Source: Mobula hypostoma (Eukaryota). Taken from it: a DNA stretch of 64,000 nt. The DNA lies in assembly GCF_963921235.1 (NCBI RefSeq), contig NC_086097.1:245460001-245524000 (forward strand). Direction: 5' to 3'. Both the position numbers and the translations under genes were made by a program. Below the pieces are notes generated by a model. The model searched no databases. It was not told where the DNA came from and worked only from the letters and a program-made list of their open reading frames with translations. This document shows, piece after piece, positions 1 to 12,608 of the stretch (position 1 is the first letter of the stretch; the number at the start of each line of letters is the position of its first letter).

Positions 1-83
1 GTTAAGAGTCCTGCCATAAACCTGTATTATTCCTTCATATCAGCCCTTTCAAAGTGAAACACCTCACACTTTACCAGAATTAG

Positions 84-715
84 CCAGTGTGGAGGAACAG
101 AGAGATCTTGGTGTCCATGCTCATAGATAGGTGGCCACGCAAGTTTGTTAGTGTGGTTAGTCTGGTGTATTAGTCAGGGGACTGAGTTCAAGAGCCACAA
201 GGTAATGTTGCAGCTCTATAAAACTCCTGTTAGACCACGGTTGGAGAATTGTGTTCAGTTCTGGTTGCCTCATTATAGGAAGGACGTGGAAGCTTTAGAA
301 AGGTTGCAGAGGAGATTTGCCTAGATTAGAAAACATGCCTTATGAGGATATGTTGAACAACCTAAGGGGTTTTTCTTTGGAGTGAAGGAGGATGAGAAGT
401 GACTTGACGGAAATGTACAAGATGGTAAGAGTCACAGATCAAGTAGATAGCTAGGAGAACATTTCCTGGGCGGGGTGGGGAATGGAATACAAGGAGACAT
501 GACTTCAGGGTGAATAGAGGAAAGTATAGGGAGGGGTGTCACAGAGAGTGGTGGGTGCGTAGAACACCCTGCTAGAGATGGTGGTAGTGGCAGATACATT
601 AGGGAGATTGAAGATAGGCACATGGATGATAGAAAAATAGAGGGCTATGTGGGATGGATCTTGGAGTAGATTAAAGGGACGGCACAACATCGTGTGCAGA
701 AGGGTCTGTACTTTG
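84..715 (+). mobile_element. Old CR1 (HER1-like) LINE 3' fragment
   Basis: Degenerate LYKTLVRPxLENCVQFW, ALERLQRRF and RRMRxDL motifs; CR1 tail. Confidence 0.85.
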
Positions 716-992
716 TGTAATGTAATGAGGGTGGGTTTCGGGGCTTTGATGTTTCTATCATTCACTCTATGGGGTTTCTTGTTTTGTGGATGTCTGTGGA
801 GAGTATGAATTTCAGGTCGTAAACTATACATTCTCTTAAATGAACTTTTAACCTTTGAACCTTTATGTGTTGGGAATTATATATGGTTTTCTGATTACTG
901 TCTATTATTTAATAATTTGATATTTTTACAAAAAATAAGATTTCAAACCTAGCTTATGTGATTTTCTCTGTGAAAATCCACTGTCCTACATT

Positions 993-1547
993 AGAATCAT
1001 AGAGACATAGAGCACTACAACACAGAAACATGCCCTTCAGCCCATTTAGTTGATGCCAAACTATTAGTCTGCCTAGTTCCATTTACGACCCATTCCAGGA
1101 CCACAGTCCTCCATACCCCTCTCGTCCATGTACTCATCTAAATTTCTCTTAAATTTTGAAATTGACCCCACATCCACTACTTACACCAGCAGCTTGTTCC
1201 ACACTCTCATGACCCCTCAGATTCCCCTTACACGTTTCACCTTTCACCCTCAACCCATGACCTCTTGTTCTAGTCTCACCCAACCTCAATGGAAAAAGCC
1301 TGCATGCATTTACCCTATCTATACCCCTCATGATTTTGCATGCCTCTATCAAATCTCACCTCATTCTCTTGCACTCCAGGGAATAAAGTTCGAACCTATT
1401 CAACCTTTCTCTATTCCGCTGGTTCTGAACGTCCCTTCAGAGCACAGATAAGGAAAAATTTCTTTTAGCCAGAGATTAAATTTTCTCTGCACTCTTTCGA
1501 ACTTATTGTTAACTTTCCTATAGGTAGGTGACCAGAGCTACACACAG
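993..1547 (-). mobile_element. CR1 LINE 3' fragment
   Basis: KIMRGIDRVNACRLFPLRLGETRTRGHGLRVKG; ATAGA-type tail. Confidence 0.88.
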
Positions 1548-2363
1548 TAACGATTGCAACAGTAACCGCACATCATTTACCTTGAAGTGAAATTGTAAGG
1601 TGCTATATAAATGGATGTCTCTCTTTCGCTTGTATTTCAATTAGCTGATGATGGTTTGCCTCAGTTCAATTTTTGCTTGAATGAGGCTTTTATATGAATG
1701 TTTCAAAGCTTTGCCGTTCTTAATGATCACATTTGTGAAGATTATAGCTGGTTCCCAGAGCAGACAGGGTAAAAAAAAATGTTAGTTAAGGCCATGCTGA
1801 AATCACAAAGGAACCCTTAATATAGAGATTAGGTAAATGGCAAAATGCAAGAAAGCTAATTGAAATCCTCTAATCTATGACTTCAGTTGAAAGTGCTGCC
1901 TGATGCCATAAGATTGCTGCTGCTTCATGGCTTTAAGCAACTCATCTAGCTTATCTGGTATTTAAAAGATAGGGTGAACTTATTTTAACAGAATTGAACA
2001 CAACTACAGTGTTTGTGTTAAGTTCTAATAGGTTTTGCAGGGAAATTTTTGCAAAATAGTGTTTGAAAAGCTGAACGTTCTCTTAAATAAGATTAGGCTA
2101 TTTGCTGCTTGTACTCTCTCATTAGTATTCTATTTACTAAAAGTTCAGTACTGAACAATCATTTCTGAATTGAAGAGCTTATCAAAGATTCATAGAGCAG
2201 AGCAACAGACCCATTGGCTCATCATTGTCTGTGCTGACCCATTAAGTATCCATCTTTACTAATTGATGTTCCTGCTCTTTGCCTGTAGCCTGTAGGCAAT
2301 TCATGTACTCGACCAGATACTCCAATGTGAGAGTCAGAATCAGGTTTATTATCGCTAACGCAC

Positions 2364-2500
2364 ACGGTCCTGATGAAGGGTCTCAGCCTGAAATGTTGAC
2401 TGTTTATTCCTCTCCGTAGATGCTGCCTGACCTGCTGAGTTCATCCAGCATTTTGTGCATGTTGCTCTGGATTTCCAGCATCTGCAGAATGTCTTGCGTT
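2364..2500 (+). mobile_element. Penelope-like terminal fragment with decayed hammerhead motif
   Basis: ACGGTC-CTGATGA-A-GGGTCTCAGCCT-GAAATGTT-GACTGT (CpG-decayed stem III), then the family tail GATGCTGCCTGACCTGCTGAG...TTTCCAGCATCTGCAG; inserted in a Rex/Babar tail. Confidence 0.8.
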
Positions 2501-2504
2501 TATG

Positions 2505-2920
2505 ATCACTGACACATGTCACGAAATTTGTTGTTTTGTGGCAGCAGTACAGTGCAATACATAAAATATACTATCAATTACAACAAGAAATATATAAAAA
2601 ATAAACATGTAGTGCAAAAACAGAGCAAAATAGTGAGGAACTCTTCATCGGTTCATATATTTTTCAGAAATCTGATGGTGGTGGGGAAGAAGCCATTCCT
2701 GGCACAATGTGTGTGTGTCTTCAGGCTCCTGTACCTCTTCCCTGATGGTAGTAACAAGAAGAGGGCATGTCCTGGGTGGAGAAAATTCTTCATGATGGAT
2801 GCCACCCTCTTGAGGCATCGCCTTTTGAAGATGCCCTCGATGGTGGGGAGGACGGCCATGATGGAGCTGGCTGAGTTTACAACCTTCAGCAGCTTTTCCC
2901 AATCTTGCGTGGCCTCCACT
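2505..2920 (-). mobile_element. Rex1/Babar LINE 3' fragment
   Basis: RCLKRVASIMKNFLHPGHALFLLLPSGKRYRSLKTHT. Related fragments near 3173-3395(+), 6880-7430(-), 25015-25530(-), 29245-29700(-), 38423-38720(-), 44296-44600(+), 51220-51825(-), 54075-54770(+) and 61810-62180(-). Confidence 0.85.
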
Positions 2921-3564
2921 ACTCTCTCACTGAGTTCCAGATTCCACCTCCCTTTGGGTGGAAAAAAAATGTCTTCCTCAGATCCTTCTTACCTCTTATG
3001 ATAAACTTAGGCATCTGACTCTGTTGCGGGGAATAGTTTCTTCCTACCTACCACATCGTCCTCTTATATACATCTAATTGGGTGTCTCCCGGCTTTCTCT
3101 GCTCCAAGTTAAATAATCCCACTTATTCAGTCTCTTCTGACAACTGAAATGTTCCATCACAGGCAACATCTAGTAGTGGATACAACTCAGTCCATCACCG
3201 GCAAAGCCCTCCCCACCATTGAGCACATCTACAAGGTGCGCTGCCGCAAGAAAGCAGCATCCATCATCAAGGACCCCCACCACCCAGGCCATCCTCTCTT
3301 CTTGGTGTTGCCATCAGGAGGGAGGTAGCAGAACCTTAGGTCCCCCATTACTAGGCTCAGGAACTGTTATTACCCTATAGCTATCAGGCTCATGAACCTC
3401 TTGACCATGTCTGAAAGCTTTTATACATTGAGTTGCTGCCATATGATTGGCTGATTTGATATTTGCATTAACGAGCAGGTGTACAGGTGTACCTAATAAA
3501 ATGGCCACCGAGTGTATATGAAAGCATATGCTACCTTGACATTCGTTTTCTTGAAGGCATTTAC

Positions 3565-4080
3565 ACTGAGTGTATGTCCATAGTCTTCTGCTGCTGTGGC
3601 CCATTCACTTCAAGGTTCAACAAGTGAGTTCAGAGAAGCTCTTCTGCACACCACTGTTGTAACACATCGCTATTTAAATTACTGTTGTCTTCCTGTCAGC
3701 TTGAACCAGCCTGGCCATTCTCCTCTGACCTCTTTCATTAACAGGGCGTTTTTGTCCATAGAACTGCAGCTTAGTAGATGCTTGTTGTTTTTCACACCAT
3801 TCTTAGTAAACTCTAGAGACTGTTGTGCATGAAAATCCCAGGAGATCAGCAGTTTCTAAAATACTCAAACCACCCCTTCTGGCACCACAATCATTCCGCG
3901 ATCAAAGTCACTTAGATCACATTTCTTCCCCATTCTGATGTTTGGTCTGAACAACAACTGAACTTCTTGACCATGTCTGCAGTCTTTTATACATTGAGCT
4001 GCTGCCACATGATTGGCTGATGAGATATTTGCATTAACGAGCAGGTGTACAGATGTACCCAATAACGTGACCACTGAGTG
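3565..4080 (-). mobile_element. Tc1/mariner left-end fragment (same family); shorter copy at about 3396-3514
   Basis: MGKKCDLSDFDRGMIV helix-turn-helix start; TIR ending CCACTGAGTG-TA. DDE-region remnants also near 46775-46970 and 47790-48410. Confidence 0.88.
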
Positions 4081-4380
4081 TACACATCACCATGTACTAT
4101 GTTGAGATTCATTTCTGTGCAGGCATTTACAGGAAAATAACACAATAGAATTTCTGAAAAACTATAAATAACAGAGACTGACAAACAACCAATGTGCAAA
4201 AGAAGACAAGTTGTGCAAATTATTTAAAAAGTAACTAAATAGTTGAAAGTGAGTCCATAAGTTGTGGAGTTAGTTCCACTATATCCGAGGTAAGCTACAG
4301 TGGAACTGTATATGAAGGACTTAACTTTGTTGAATATATTAATTGACAAATTGGAGGTTTTGTTCTATAGAAATCATATA

Positions 4381-4873
4381 CGCTCAGTGACCACGTTATT
4401 AGGTACACTTGTACACCTGCTCGTTAATGAAAATATCTAATCAGCCAATCGTGTGGTAGCACTCAATGCATAAAAGCACTCAGACGTGGTCAAGAGGTTC
4501 ACTTGTCGTTCAGACCAAACATCAGAATGACACAGAAATGTGACCCAAGTGACTTCGACCGTGGAATGATTGTTGGTGCCAGACAGGGTGGTTTGAGTAT
4601 CTCAGAAACAGCTGATCTACTTTCAGGTACAACAGTCTCTAGAGCAGGGTTCCCCACCTTTTTTTATGCTATTAACTGAGGGGTCCATGGACCCCAAGCT
4701 GGGAACCTCTGGTCTAGAGCTTACCGAGAATGGTGTGAAAGGCAGAAAACCTCCAGTGAGTGGCAGTTCTGAAATCTAAAGTGCCTTGTTAATGAGAGAG
4801 GTCATAGGAGAATGGCCAGACTGGTTCAGACCATGAACATACAGGAAGTACCTAATAAAGTGGCCAGCGAGTG
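4381..4873 (+). mobile_element. Internally deleted Tc1/mariner element
   Basis: About 26-bp imperfect TIRs (CGCTCAGTGACCACGTTATTAGGTAC / GTACCTAATAAAGTGGCCAGCGAGTG), TA on both sides; N-terminal transposase remnant. Confidence 0.9.
4645..4711. mobile_element. hAT (Charlie-like) MITE nested in the Tc1 element
   Basis: CAGGGTTCCC...GGGAACCTCTG termini; 8-bp TSD CTCTAGAG / GTCTAGAG. Related copy at 13383-13462. Confidence 0.8.
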
Positions 4874-7522
4874 TATCTTTAAAGGTATTTATTGCACAGT
4901 ATTGTTCAATCCCAAATTCCCCCGATTATTGTCTCAGCGCTTCCATAAGACTGATAAACAGCCCGTTCTACTTGTGCACTGTGGTTCTTTTCTTCGTACT
5001 TTATACCATCTAAGTTTTATTTTATCCCCAAAGACTTCATCGAAAGGAGCAGATCAAAGCTGCAGATCCAAATACTCAGGATTATTTCTTAAAAATTAAA
5101 CATGTTAGGTTTGCTTGCACTGTGATCAGAGTGCTTCTTATGCTGATAAGAATCGGTATGAACTTTCTTGTGGCTGATGTAATGATGATGAATGCTGTGA
5201 CACAGCTATTTTGGACAGCTCTTCCCAGAGGAGGCAGAGCACTTGCTAATGAAATGAACAAAAGTAAGGCTACGTGAGGGGAGATAAAAATGGGCATGGA
5301 GAAAGAGAGGTAAGAATCAAGTCAGGGCAGAAAAGGGGAAAAAAAAATTCAGTCAGAGTAAAAAATATGAAAAATGAGATCTGAAGAGGTCCGAGAGGAA
5401 ATGAAAACTTTACAGCAGGAATGAGGAAAGAAAGGACAAAGTTTATCAATTTAGATGTGGAAAAACAGAAGGAAAAGAAAACATTGGACAATGGAGTAGG
5501 GCAGGACAGACATCATAGGTAGTATAAGTAGACTTACTCTGCTTTTTCCTTTTTAGAGGACAGCAAAGTTAGCATAGTGCTTTTACAGTGCCAGTGACAG
5601 GTTCAATTCCCACCGCTGTCTGTAAGGAGTTTGTATGTTGCTCAGGTGCTCCAATTTCCTCCCACATTCCAAAGACATGCGGGTTAGGATTAGTGAGTTG
5701 TGGACATACTATGTTGGCACTGGAAGCATGGTGACACTTGCCCAGCTCATCCTCAGACCTTAAGGTTACAAAACACAGGAGCAGACTTAGGCCATTGGCC
5801 CCATCAAGTCTTCTCCACCATTCGATCATGGCTGATTTATTTTCCCACTCAGTCCATTCTCTTGCCTTTTCCCTGTAAACTTTGACGCTTTGGAGTTTTG
5901 AGGAATGTTGGCAACATGGTGACTTAGTGGTTAGAGTAACGCTTTGCAGAGCAATTGATCACTGATTCAAAGTTCGAAGTACAGTTACTATCAAAGCGTG
6001 TACACGGTATAGAACCTTGAGATTCGTCTTCTTGCAGACAGCCACAAAACAAAGAAACAAAATAGAAAAAAAAACTCCACACAAGACTGACAAACATCCA
6101 AATTGCGAGAAAAAGAACAAATCATGCAAACAGTAAAAATAATAAACAAATAGTATACAGAACTTTGAACTGCAGCGTCCCCGAAAGTGAATCCACAGCC
6201 ACAGAACTAGTTCAGCACAAAGGTGACTGCCGATGGCTGCAACTAATCTGGATCACTGCTTACGTTGGCTAAAAGTTGGTTCATTTTTCACTCTTGGGCC
6301 TAGGTCCTGCCATTTCAATGCAGCCTGAAGTTTCAATCTGATTTGATCAGGGTTCAATACCCTCCGCTGTTTGCAAGGAGTTTGTTCATTCTCCCTTGAC
6401 CTCATGGGTTTCTTCTGGGTGCTCTGGTTTCCTCCCAAATTCCAAAGTATTACAGGTTAGTAGGTTAATTGGTCACGTGGGTGTAATTGGGCAGCACAGG
6501 CTCATTGGGTTGAAAGGGCCTGTTACCATACTGTATCTCTAAATAATTTATATAATAAAATAGATATTCATTAACCAATGGTATTGGAATCCTGAAATTG
6601 TATGATCCAGAAGGAGGCAACTTCTCATGTCCGTGTCACTAAAAAAGGAACCATCAATCTAGTTGCATCTCTTAGCACTTGATCTATAGTTGTGTAGCTT
6701 ATAACTCCTCAGATATGCATTCAGACGTTTTAAATGCTTCTGCCTCTATCAACATTTTAGCCAATAATTTCCAGGTCTGTACCTATTGCTGAGTAAAAGT
6801 ATTTTCCCTCAACTTTTCTGTAATCATTCTACCAATTGCTTACAATCTATGCCCTTTCAACCCAGGCAACTAGGTCTTTCCTATGTATTCACGCCTCTCA
6901 AAGTACGAATGTGTTAACATATACTACCCTGAGATTCGTTTTCTTGAGGCATTCACAGCAGAACAAAGAAATACAATAGAACCAATGAAAAACTACACAC
7001 TAAGACGGACACTCAACCAATGTGCAAAAGAAGGCAAACTGTGCAAATACATTAAAAATAATAATATTAATAAATAAGTAATAAGCAATATTGAGAACGT
7101 AATTTGTCGTGTCCTTGAAAGTAGGTTGTGGAATCATTCTAGTGTTGATGTGAGCGAAGATATCCACCCGAGTTCAGGAGCCTGATAGTTTAAGAGTATT
7201 GACTGTTCCTGAACTTGGTGGTGTGGGTCCTGAGGCTCCTGTAACTTCTACCTGATGGCAGCAGCGAGAAGAGAGCATGGCCTGGATGGTGGGGGCCCTT
7301 GATGATAGATACTACCTTCCTGCGACAGAATTCCTTGTCGATGTGCTCAGTGGTGGGTAGGGCTTTTCCTGTGATGGACTGCGCTGTATCTACTACTTTT
7401 TGTAAGCTTTTCTGTTCATGGGCATTGGTAATTTGATACAGCTTAATTAAGTATATGCTATTCAGATGAACAAAAACATTAGAAATGCAATCTTTCCTCC
7501 AAGCTACCATTTTCCTGAATGT

Positions 7523-8145
7523 ACCTGAATTGGTCAAAGAACAGTGAGGCTGTCTACAAGAAGGGTCAGAGCCGTCTCTATTTCCTGAGGAGACTGAGGT
7601 CCTTTAACATCTGCCGGACGATGCTGAGGATGTTCTACGAGTCTGTGGTGGCCAGTGCTATCATGTTTGCTGTTGTGTGCTGGGGCAGCAGGCTGAGGGT
7701 AGCAGACACCAACAGAATCAACAAACTCATTCGTAAGGCCGGTGATGTTGTGGGGATGGAACTGGACTCTCTGACGGTGGTGTCTGAAAAGAGGATGCTG
7801 TCTAAGTTGCATGCCATCTTGGTCAATGTCTCCCATCCACTACATAATGTACTGGGTGGGCACAGGAGTACATTCAGCCAGAGACTCATTCCACCGAGAT
7901 GCAGCACAGAGCATCATAGGAAGTCATTCCTGCCTGTGGCCATCAAACTTTACAACTCCTCCCTTGGAGGGTCAGATACCCTGAGCCGATAGGCTGGTCC
8001 TGGACTTATTTCATAATTTACTGGCATAATTTACATATTACTATTTAACTATTTATAGTTCTATTACTATTTATTATTTATGGTGCAACTGTAACGAAAA
8101 CCAATTTCCCCCGGGATCAATAAAGTATGACTATGACTATGAATG
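7523..8145 (+). mobile_element. Young 5'-truncated Rex1/Babar-type LINE
   Basis: Uninterrupted C-terminal ORF (WSKNSEAVYKKGQSRLYFLRRLRSF...HPLH...SFLPVAIKLYN), AATAAA and (ATGACT)n tail; TSD TTCCTGAATGT at 7512-7522 and 8146-8156. Confidence 0.9.
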
Positions 8146-8319
8146 TTCCTGAATGTGTTTATAGGATGGGGAGGGAGCAGGAGAGAACATATTCAGTCCA
8201 TTGAGTCTATACTAGCCCTCTAAGCCATCCTATCAGTCCTATTTATCACTTATTTCTCTGCAACCTTTTGACAAACCCCAATCCTCCTAACAATTGTCTG
8301 ATTAGAAATCGGAGGTGCA

Positions 8320-9327
8320 ACTGGACTTGGGGAGAAATTAGAGGTATAAGATGACTTGGGAATCCTCATCCAAGATTCCCTGAAGGTTAACTTGCAGGGT
8401 GAGTTGGTCATAAGGAAGGCAAATGCAATGTTACCATTCATTTTGGAGGGACTGGAAGATAAAAACAAGGATGTAATGCTGAGACTTTGGATTAGATTAG
8501 GTTAGATTCAACTTTATTGTCATTGTGCCAAGTACAAAGCCAATGAAATGCAGTATCATTTAAAGGGTTGCTCAGACCAGATTTGGAGTATTGTGAGTGG
8601 TTTTGAGTCCCCTTGGACAAGGTCCAGAGGGGATTTGTGCAAATGACCCTGGGAATGAAAGGGTTAATATATGAGAGCATTTGATGTCTCTGGGCCTGTA
8701 GTTGCTGGAGTTTGAAACCTGCTGAATATTGAAAGGCCTGAATAAAGTGGTTGTGGAGAGGATGTTTCCCATAGTGGAGGAGTCTCAAACCAGAGGGCAC
8801 AGCCACAGAGTTGAAGCACCTTCAATAACTCCAAAAGACTGAGGTTTGGTAAAATACTGAAAGGCTTTTATTCACTGTACAATACGATCTCCACGACCTC
8901 CACGGTGAGTATCTGCCCCTGGACTGAGGGGGAGGGGCAAGGCGAAACACCTTTACATAGGACTCTGTGGGAGGAGCCACAGGGGCAGTCAGCAGAGAGG
9001 CGTGTCCAGTCAGTTAACCCAGTATATATATAGATATACATATACATATGGTTTACCACAAGAGTAGAAGGACATCCATTTAGAACAGGGACGAGGAGGA
9101 ATTTTTTTTTTAGCCAAAGGGTAGTGAATCTGTGGAATTCATTGCCACAGATGGCTGTGGAGACCAAGTCACTGGGTATACTTAAAGTCAAAATTGATGG
9201 GTTTTTGATTAGTCAGGGCGTGAAAAGTTACGGGGAAAAGGCAGGATTGAGAGGTGTAATCAGCCACGGTCAAATGCCAGACCAGACTCAATAGGCTGAA
9301 TGGCCTAATTCTGCTCCTATGCCTAAT
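8320..9327 (+). mobile_element. CR1 LINE 3' fragment, interrupted by a short Rex tail (about 8490-8560) and the solo LTR
   Basis: KANAMLxFI, RPDLEYC and FFSQRVVNLWNSLP motifs in degenerate form. Confidence 0.85.
8812..9060 (-). mobile_element. Solo LTR (249 bp) inserted into a CR1 fragment
   Basis: TG...CA termini, 5-bp TSD AGAGT (8807-8811, 9061-9065), AATAAA on the minus strand (8867-8872); CR1 sequence resumes on both sides. Confidence 0.85.
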
Positions 9328-10917
9328 GATACTTTTGGCATAATTTACAGTGAGCAATTCCCCAAACAACAGGCACACTTAGGGATATTGTGCACAGATC
9401 ATATATTCTTTCTGCTTGTCCATCTCTCTTCTCGAAACCTCTTTATTAACTGTATTGTTTATTGCAAATGCAGACTTCTGTATTGCTCCATAAGTTACGT
9501 TTGGTGATTTGTTTTCTGATTATGTTCAATGGAATGCATCTGAGTTAAGTCAGGTTTTGATTTCAACCAGTTTCTGCAAACTTGCGAAACATCAGTTTTG
9601 CTTTGATTGTCAGGTACTCTTAAGGTTACTGGTTTCTGGCAGAAATTAATAACTTTTGTAAGCAGAAAGACACACTTTTGTGATGATCGGTATTAAGTGG
9701 ATTTTGTTTAAGAATATCTAAGATTCTAGCTATCGTTAGTTACTTACTTAAGCTTATCACCCCTATGGGGCTCAGGCCACCGACAGCTGCTCCCAAGAGT
9801 CCTGTGTCCTGGGCCAACCTTTCACGTTGTCCCCATCTTCCTCTCCAGGAATGAGTTCTTTGGAGCTTCTGCTGGTGTTTCTATCGCTCTGGGTTTTGAT
9901 GGGATGGGGTTGCTATCCCCCCTTCCTTTCGCAGCCTGGCTTGGGACGGTTCGTGGCAGAGTTTTACAAGCGACATGGATTTCTTGACTGTCTTCAGAGT
10001 GTGAAATGTTAGAGGGCATTTTATTTTCTGCCTTTTACCTGTGAACATGGATGATGGTGATAAATTTAAATTGGGATTTGCCTTAATAATATCTGATAGA
10101 AACCTTTATTTCTGTGGTCTGTTTATTTATTGAGGTACAGCGTGGAACAGGCCTTTCTAGCTCTTTAAACAACGCTGCCAGGAAACCCTCAATTTAACCC
10201 TAGCCTAATCACGGGGCAAGTTACAATGACCAATTAGCTGTCTTTGATATGTCTTTGGACTGTGGGAGGAAACCCACGCCGTCACAGGGGGAACGTACAA
10301 GCTCCTCCCAAGCAGCGACGGGAATTGAACCTAGGTTGTTGGTACTATAAAGTGTTGTGCTAACCACAATGCTATACCATGATTTAGACACATGAAACTT
10401 GGCAATTGCTGGAAACCTTGAGTGTTTCAGTTCTAGACCCATGATCAGGACTGAAAAGGAAGGAGGCAGAAGCCTGCAAAAAACACTATCTCCCTCCGTA
10501 GACGCTGCCTGACCTGCGGTTCCTCCAGCTTCTTGTATGTGTTGGTTCTTAGGCTGCGCTCACTGGTACTGTAAAGTGTTGAACCTGGGCCGATGGTACT
10601 GCAAAGCGTTGTGCTACCATGCTGCCCTTCCTGCAAGTTGTTTTAAACTAGAGGAGACAGGGCAGAGTTTCAGGAAAGTTATGGCTGAGTTATTATCGCA
10701 TCTGTGATGAATGATTTTTTGAAAAAAAAATCTTCCCAACGTTCTTGAATAATGGAGTAAGTTGTAACACTAATATGCTTAACATTTTTGGGGGTTGTAA
10801 CATACGACCTGCCGACTTGTGTCATGTAAAGATGTCGACTTTAATTTAAAACAATGTTCCTTAAAGGAGCCAAGTCATGAACAGTGATTTTTTTTGTTTT
10901 CTCTCTTTTCCTTGCAG

Positions 10918-10956
10918 TTGTGCCGGTATTAAGAGCTGGGGGAATGAATAACCAGA
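10918..10956 (+). other. GLI3: 5' UTR part of the GLI3 first coding exon
   Basis: Long polypyrimidine tract ending CTTGCAG (10888-10917) directly upstream; 39 nt of UTR before the ATG. Confidence 0.85.
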
Positions 10957-10991
10957 ATGGATACCCAGTCACACAGCGCTCCTGGAGTTGA
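10944..10991 (+). promoter_or_regulatory. Out-of-frame upstream ORF overlapping the GLI3 start ([15 protein letters not shown])
   Basis: ATG at 10944 (GGAATGA, purine at -3), 13 nt before the main ATG; TGA at 10989-10991. Confidence 0.6.
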
Positions 10992-11080
10992 AAAGAAAAA
11001 AGTAGAGAATTCCATTGTAAAGGGATCTCCTCGCACAGATGTCAGTGAGAAAGCCATAGCCTCCAGTACCACTTCCAATG
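10957..11080 (+). CDS. GLI3: GLI3 (Hedgehog-pathway zinc-finger transcription factor), first coding exon, codons 1-41 plus 1 nt
   Basis: Translation [41 protein letters not shown] matches the recalled vertebrate GLI3 N-terminus ([41 protein letters not shown]). ATG is in strong Kozak context (AGAATGG). 124 coding nt then the donor G|GTAAGT at 11081, the same phase-1 boundary as recalled for the mammalian first coding exon. Confidence 0.96.
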
Positions 11081-12273
11081 GTAAGTGGTGTATCGCACAG
11101 GGATTTGCTAACTGTGAGAGCAGCAGCTTTTTTAAAAAATGTTCACTGCATTCCTTGTGAATGGATCATCCGCACCTGGATTTTTGTTTGTTTTGAGAAA
11201 GCGGCGGTGGGTGGAGGACGAAGAATTTGGAATTAAAGTAATCTCTTTCATAAACCAGCCATTGAGCGATTTTCCTTTCGCACTGCTGGGTTCTGTTGCA
11301 GTCAGTGAGTGCTTCTTTCTAATTGGCGAGATTTAATGTGCTATTTTCCCTCCCTCTGGGCAGCTGACTAATCGCTCGCGAGGAGCAATGGTCAAATGCG
11401 CGTCTGTGTAAAATGAGCTTTCTTTTCCTTTAAAAAGTGTGTTGTTTTGTGATGCCTGTCATTAGTAAAACCATGAGGTATGTTTGGGGTTAGTATTCAG
11501 TACGGGATAGAATAAGCACAGATAATTTGGAGGTTAGAATGATATTGTTACGGCTTAGGGTGTTCTGGAGTTTGGAAACCGATTCCAGCGCCATTTTTAA
11601 GGGGTTTGAACGTTTTCTCCGTGTCCCAATGGGTTTCCCCCTGGTACTCTGGTTTCTTCCCACAGTCCAAAGGCCGTAAGACCAGAAGGTATAACAGCAG
11701 AGTCCGGCCATTCGGCCCATCAAGTTTGCTCCACCATTTCATCACAGCTTACCCATTTTCCCTCTCAGCCCCATTCTCCTGCCTTCTCCCTGTATTCCTT
11801 CATGCCCTGACTAATCAATAATCTATCAACCTCTGCCTTAAATATACTCAGTGACTTGGCCCCCACAGCCACCTGTGGCAACGAATTCCACGGATTCACC
11901 ACTCTCTGGCTAAAGCAACTCCTCCTCATCTCCGATCTAAGTGGACAGCCCTCTAGTCAAAGTCTGCACCCTCTGGTCTTAGACTCTCCCACCATAGGAA
12001 ACATCTTCTCCATATCCACTGTATTGAGGCCCTTCAACAACAGATGGGTTTCACGTACCGGTCAGTAGGTTGATTGGCCATTGTAAATTGTCCTGTGATT
12101 AGGCTAGTGTCAAATAGGTGAGTTGCTGGGCCATGTTAAGGGACTGATCTGTGCTGTATCTCTAAATGAAATAAAAATTAAATAAACAGTTGAAGCAAAG
12201 CAGCAGCAGGATCTACAGACATAAAAGTTGCTGGTGAACGCAGCAGGCCAGGCAGCATCTCTAGGAAGAGGTA

Positions 12274-12311
12274 CAGTCGACGTTTCGGGCCAAGACCCTT
12301 CGTCAGGACTG
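12274..12311 (-). ncRNA. Minimal type-I hammerhead ribozyme motif (unit 1 of tandem pair)
   Basis: Minus strand CAGTC-CTGACGA-A-GGGTCTTGGCCC-GAAAC-GTC-GACTG: intact CUGANGA and GAAA core, 5-bp stem I, GGGT/GCCC stem II, palindromic ACGT stem III, GUC cleavage triplet. Confidence 0.8.
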
Positions 12312-12572
12312 ACTGAAAGAGGAGCTAGTAAGAGATTTGAAAGTGGGAGGGGGAGGGGGAGATCTGAAATGATAGGAGAAGACAGGAGGGGGAGGGATAG
12401 AGCCAAGAGCTGGACAGGTGATTGGCAAAAGGAGATACGAGAGGATCATGGGACAGGAGGCTTAGGGAGAAAGAAAAGGGGGAGGGGGGAAAACCCAGAG
12501 GATGGGCAAGAGGCACACATCAAAGTTGCTGGTGAACGCAGCAGGCCAGGCAGCATCTATAGGAAGAGGCGC

Positions 12573-12608
12573 AGTCGACGTTTCAGACCAAGACCCTTCG
12601 TCAGGACT
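12573..12608 (-). ncRNA. Minimal type-I hammerhead ribozyme motif (unit 2 of tandem pair)
   Basis: Minus strand AGTC-CTGACGA-A-GGGTCTTGGTCT-GAAAC-GTC-GACT; core intact, stem II weakened; 298 nt from the first copy. Confidence 0.72.

Noticed and set aside
1..10917. GLI3 non-coding exon 1 or promoter
   Set aside because: No CpG island or recognisable first exon seen; probably upstream of the window.
10957..11160. 67-aa single-exon ORF from the track
   Set aside because: Only the first 41 codons match GLI3; the rest reads through the GTAAGT donor into intron.
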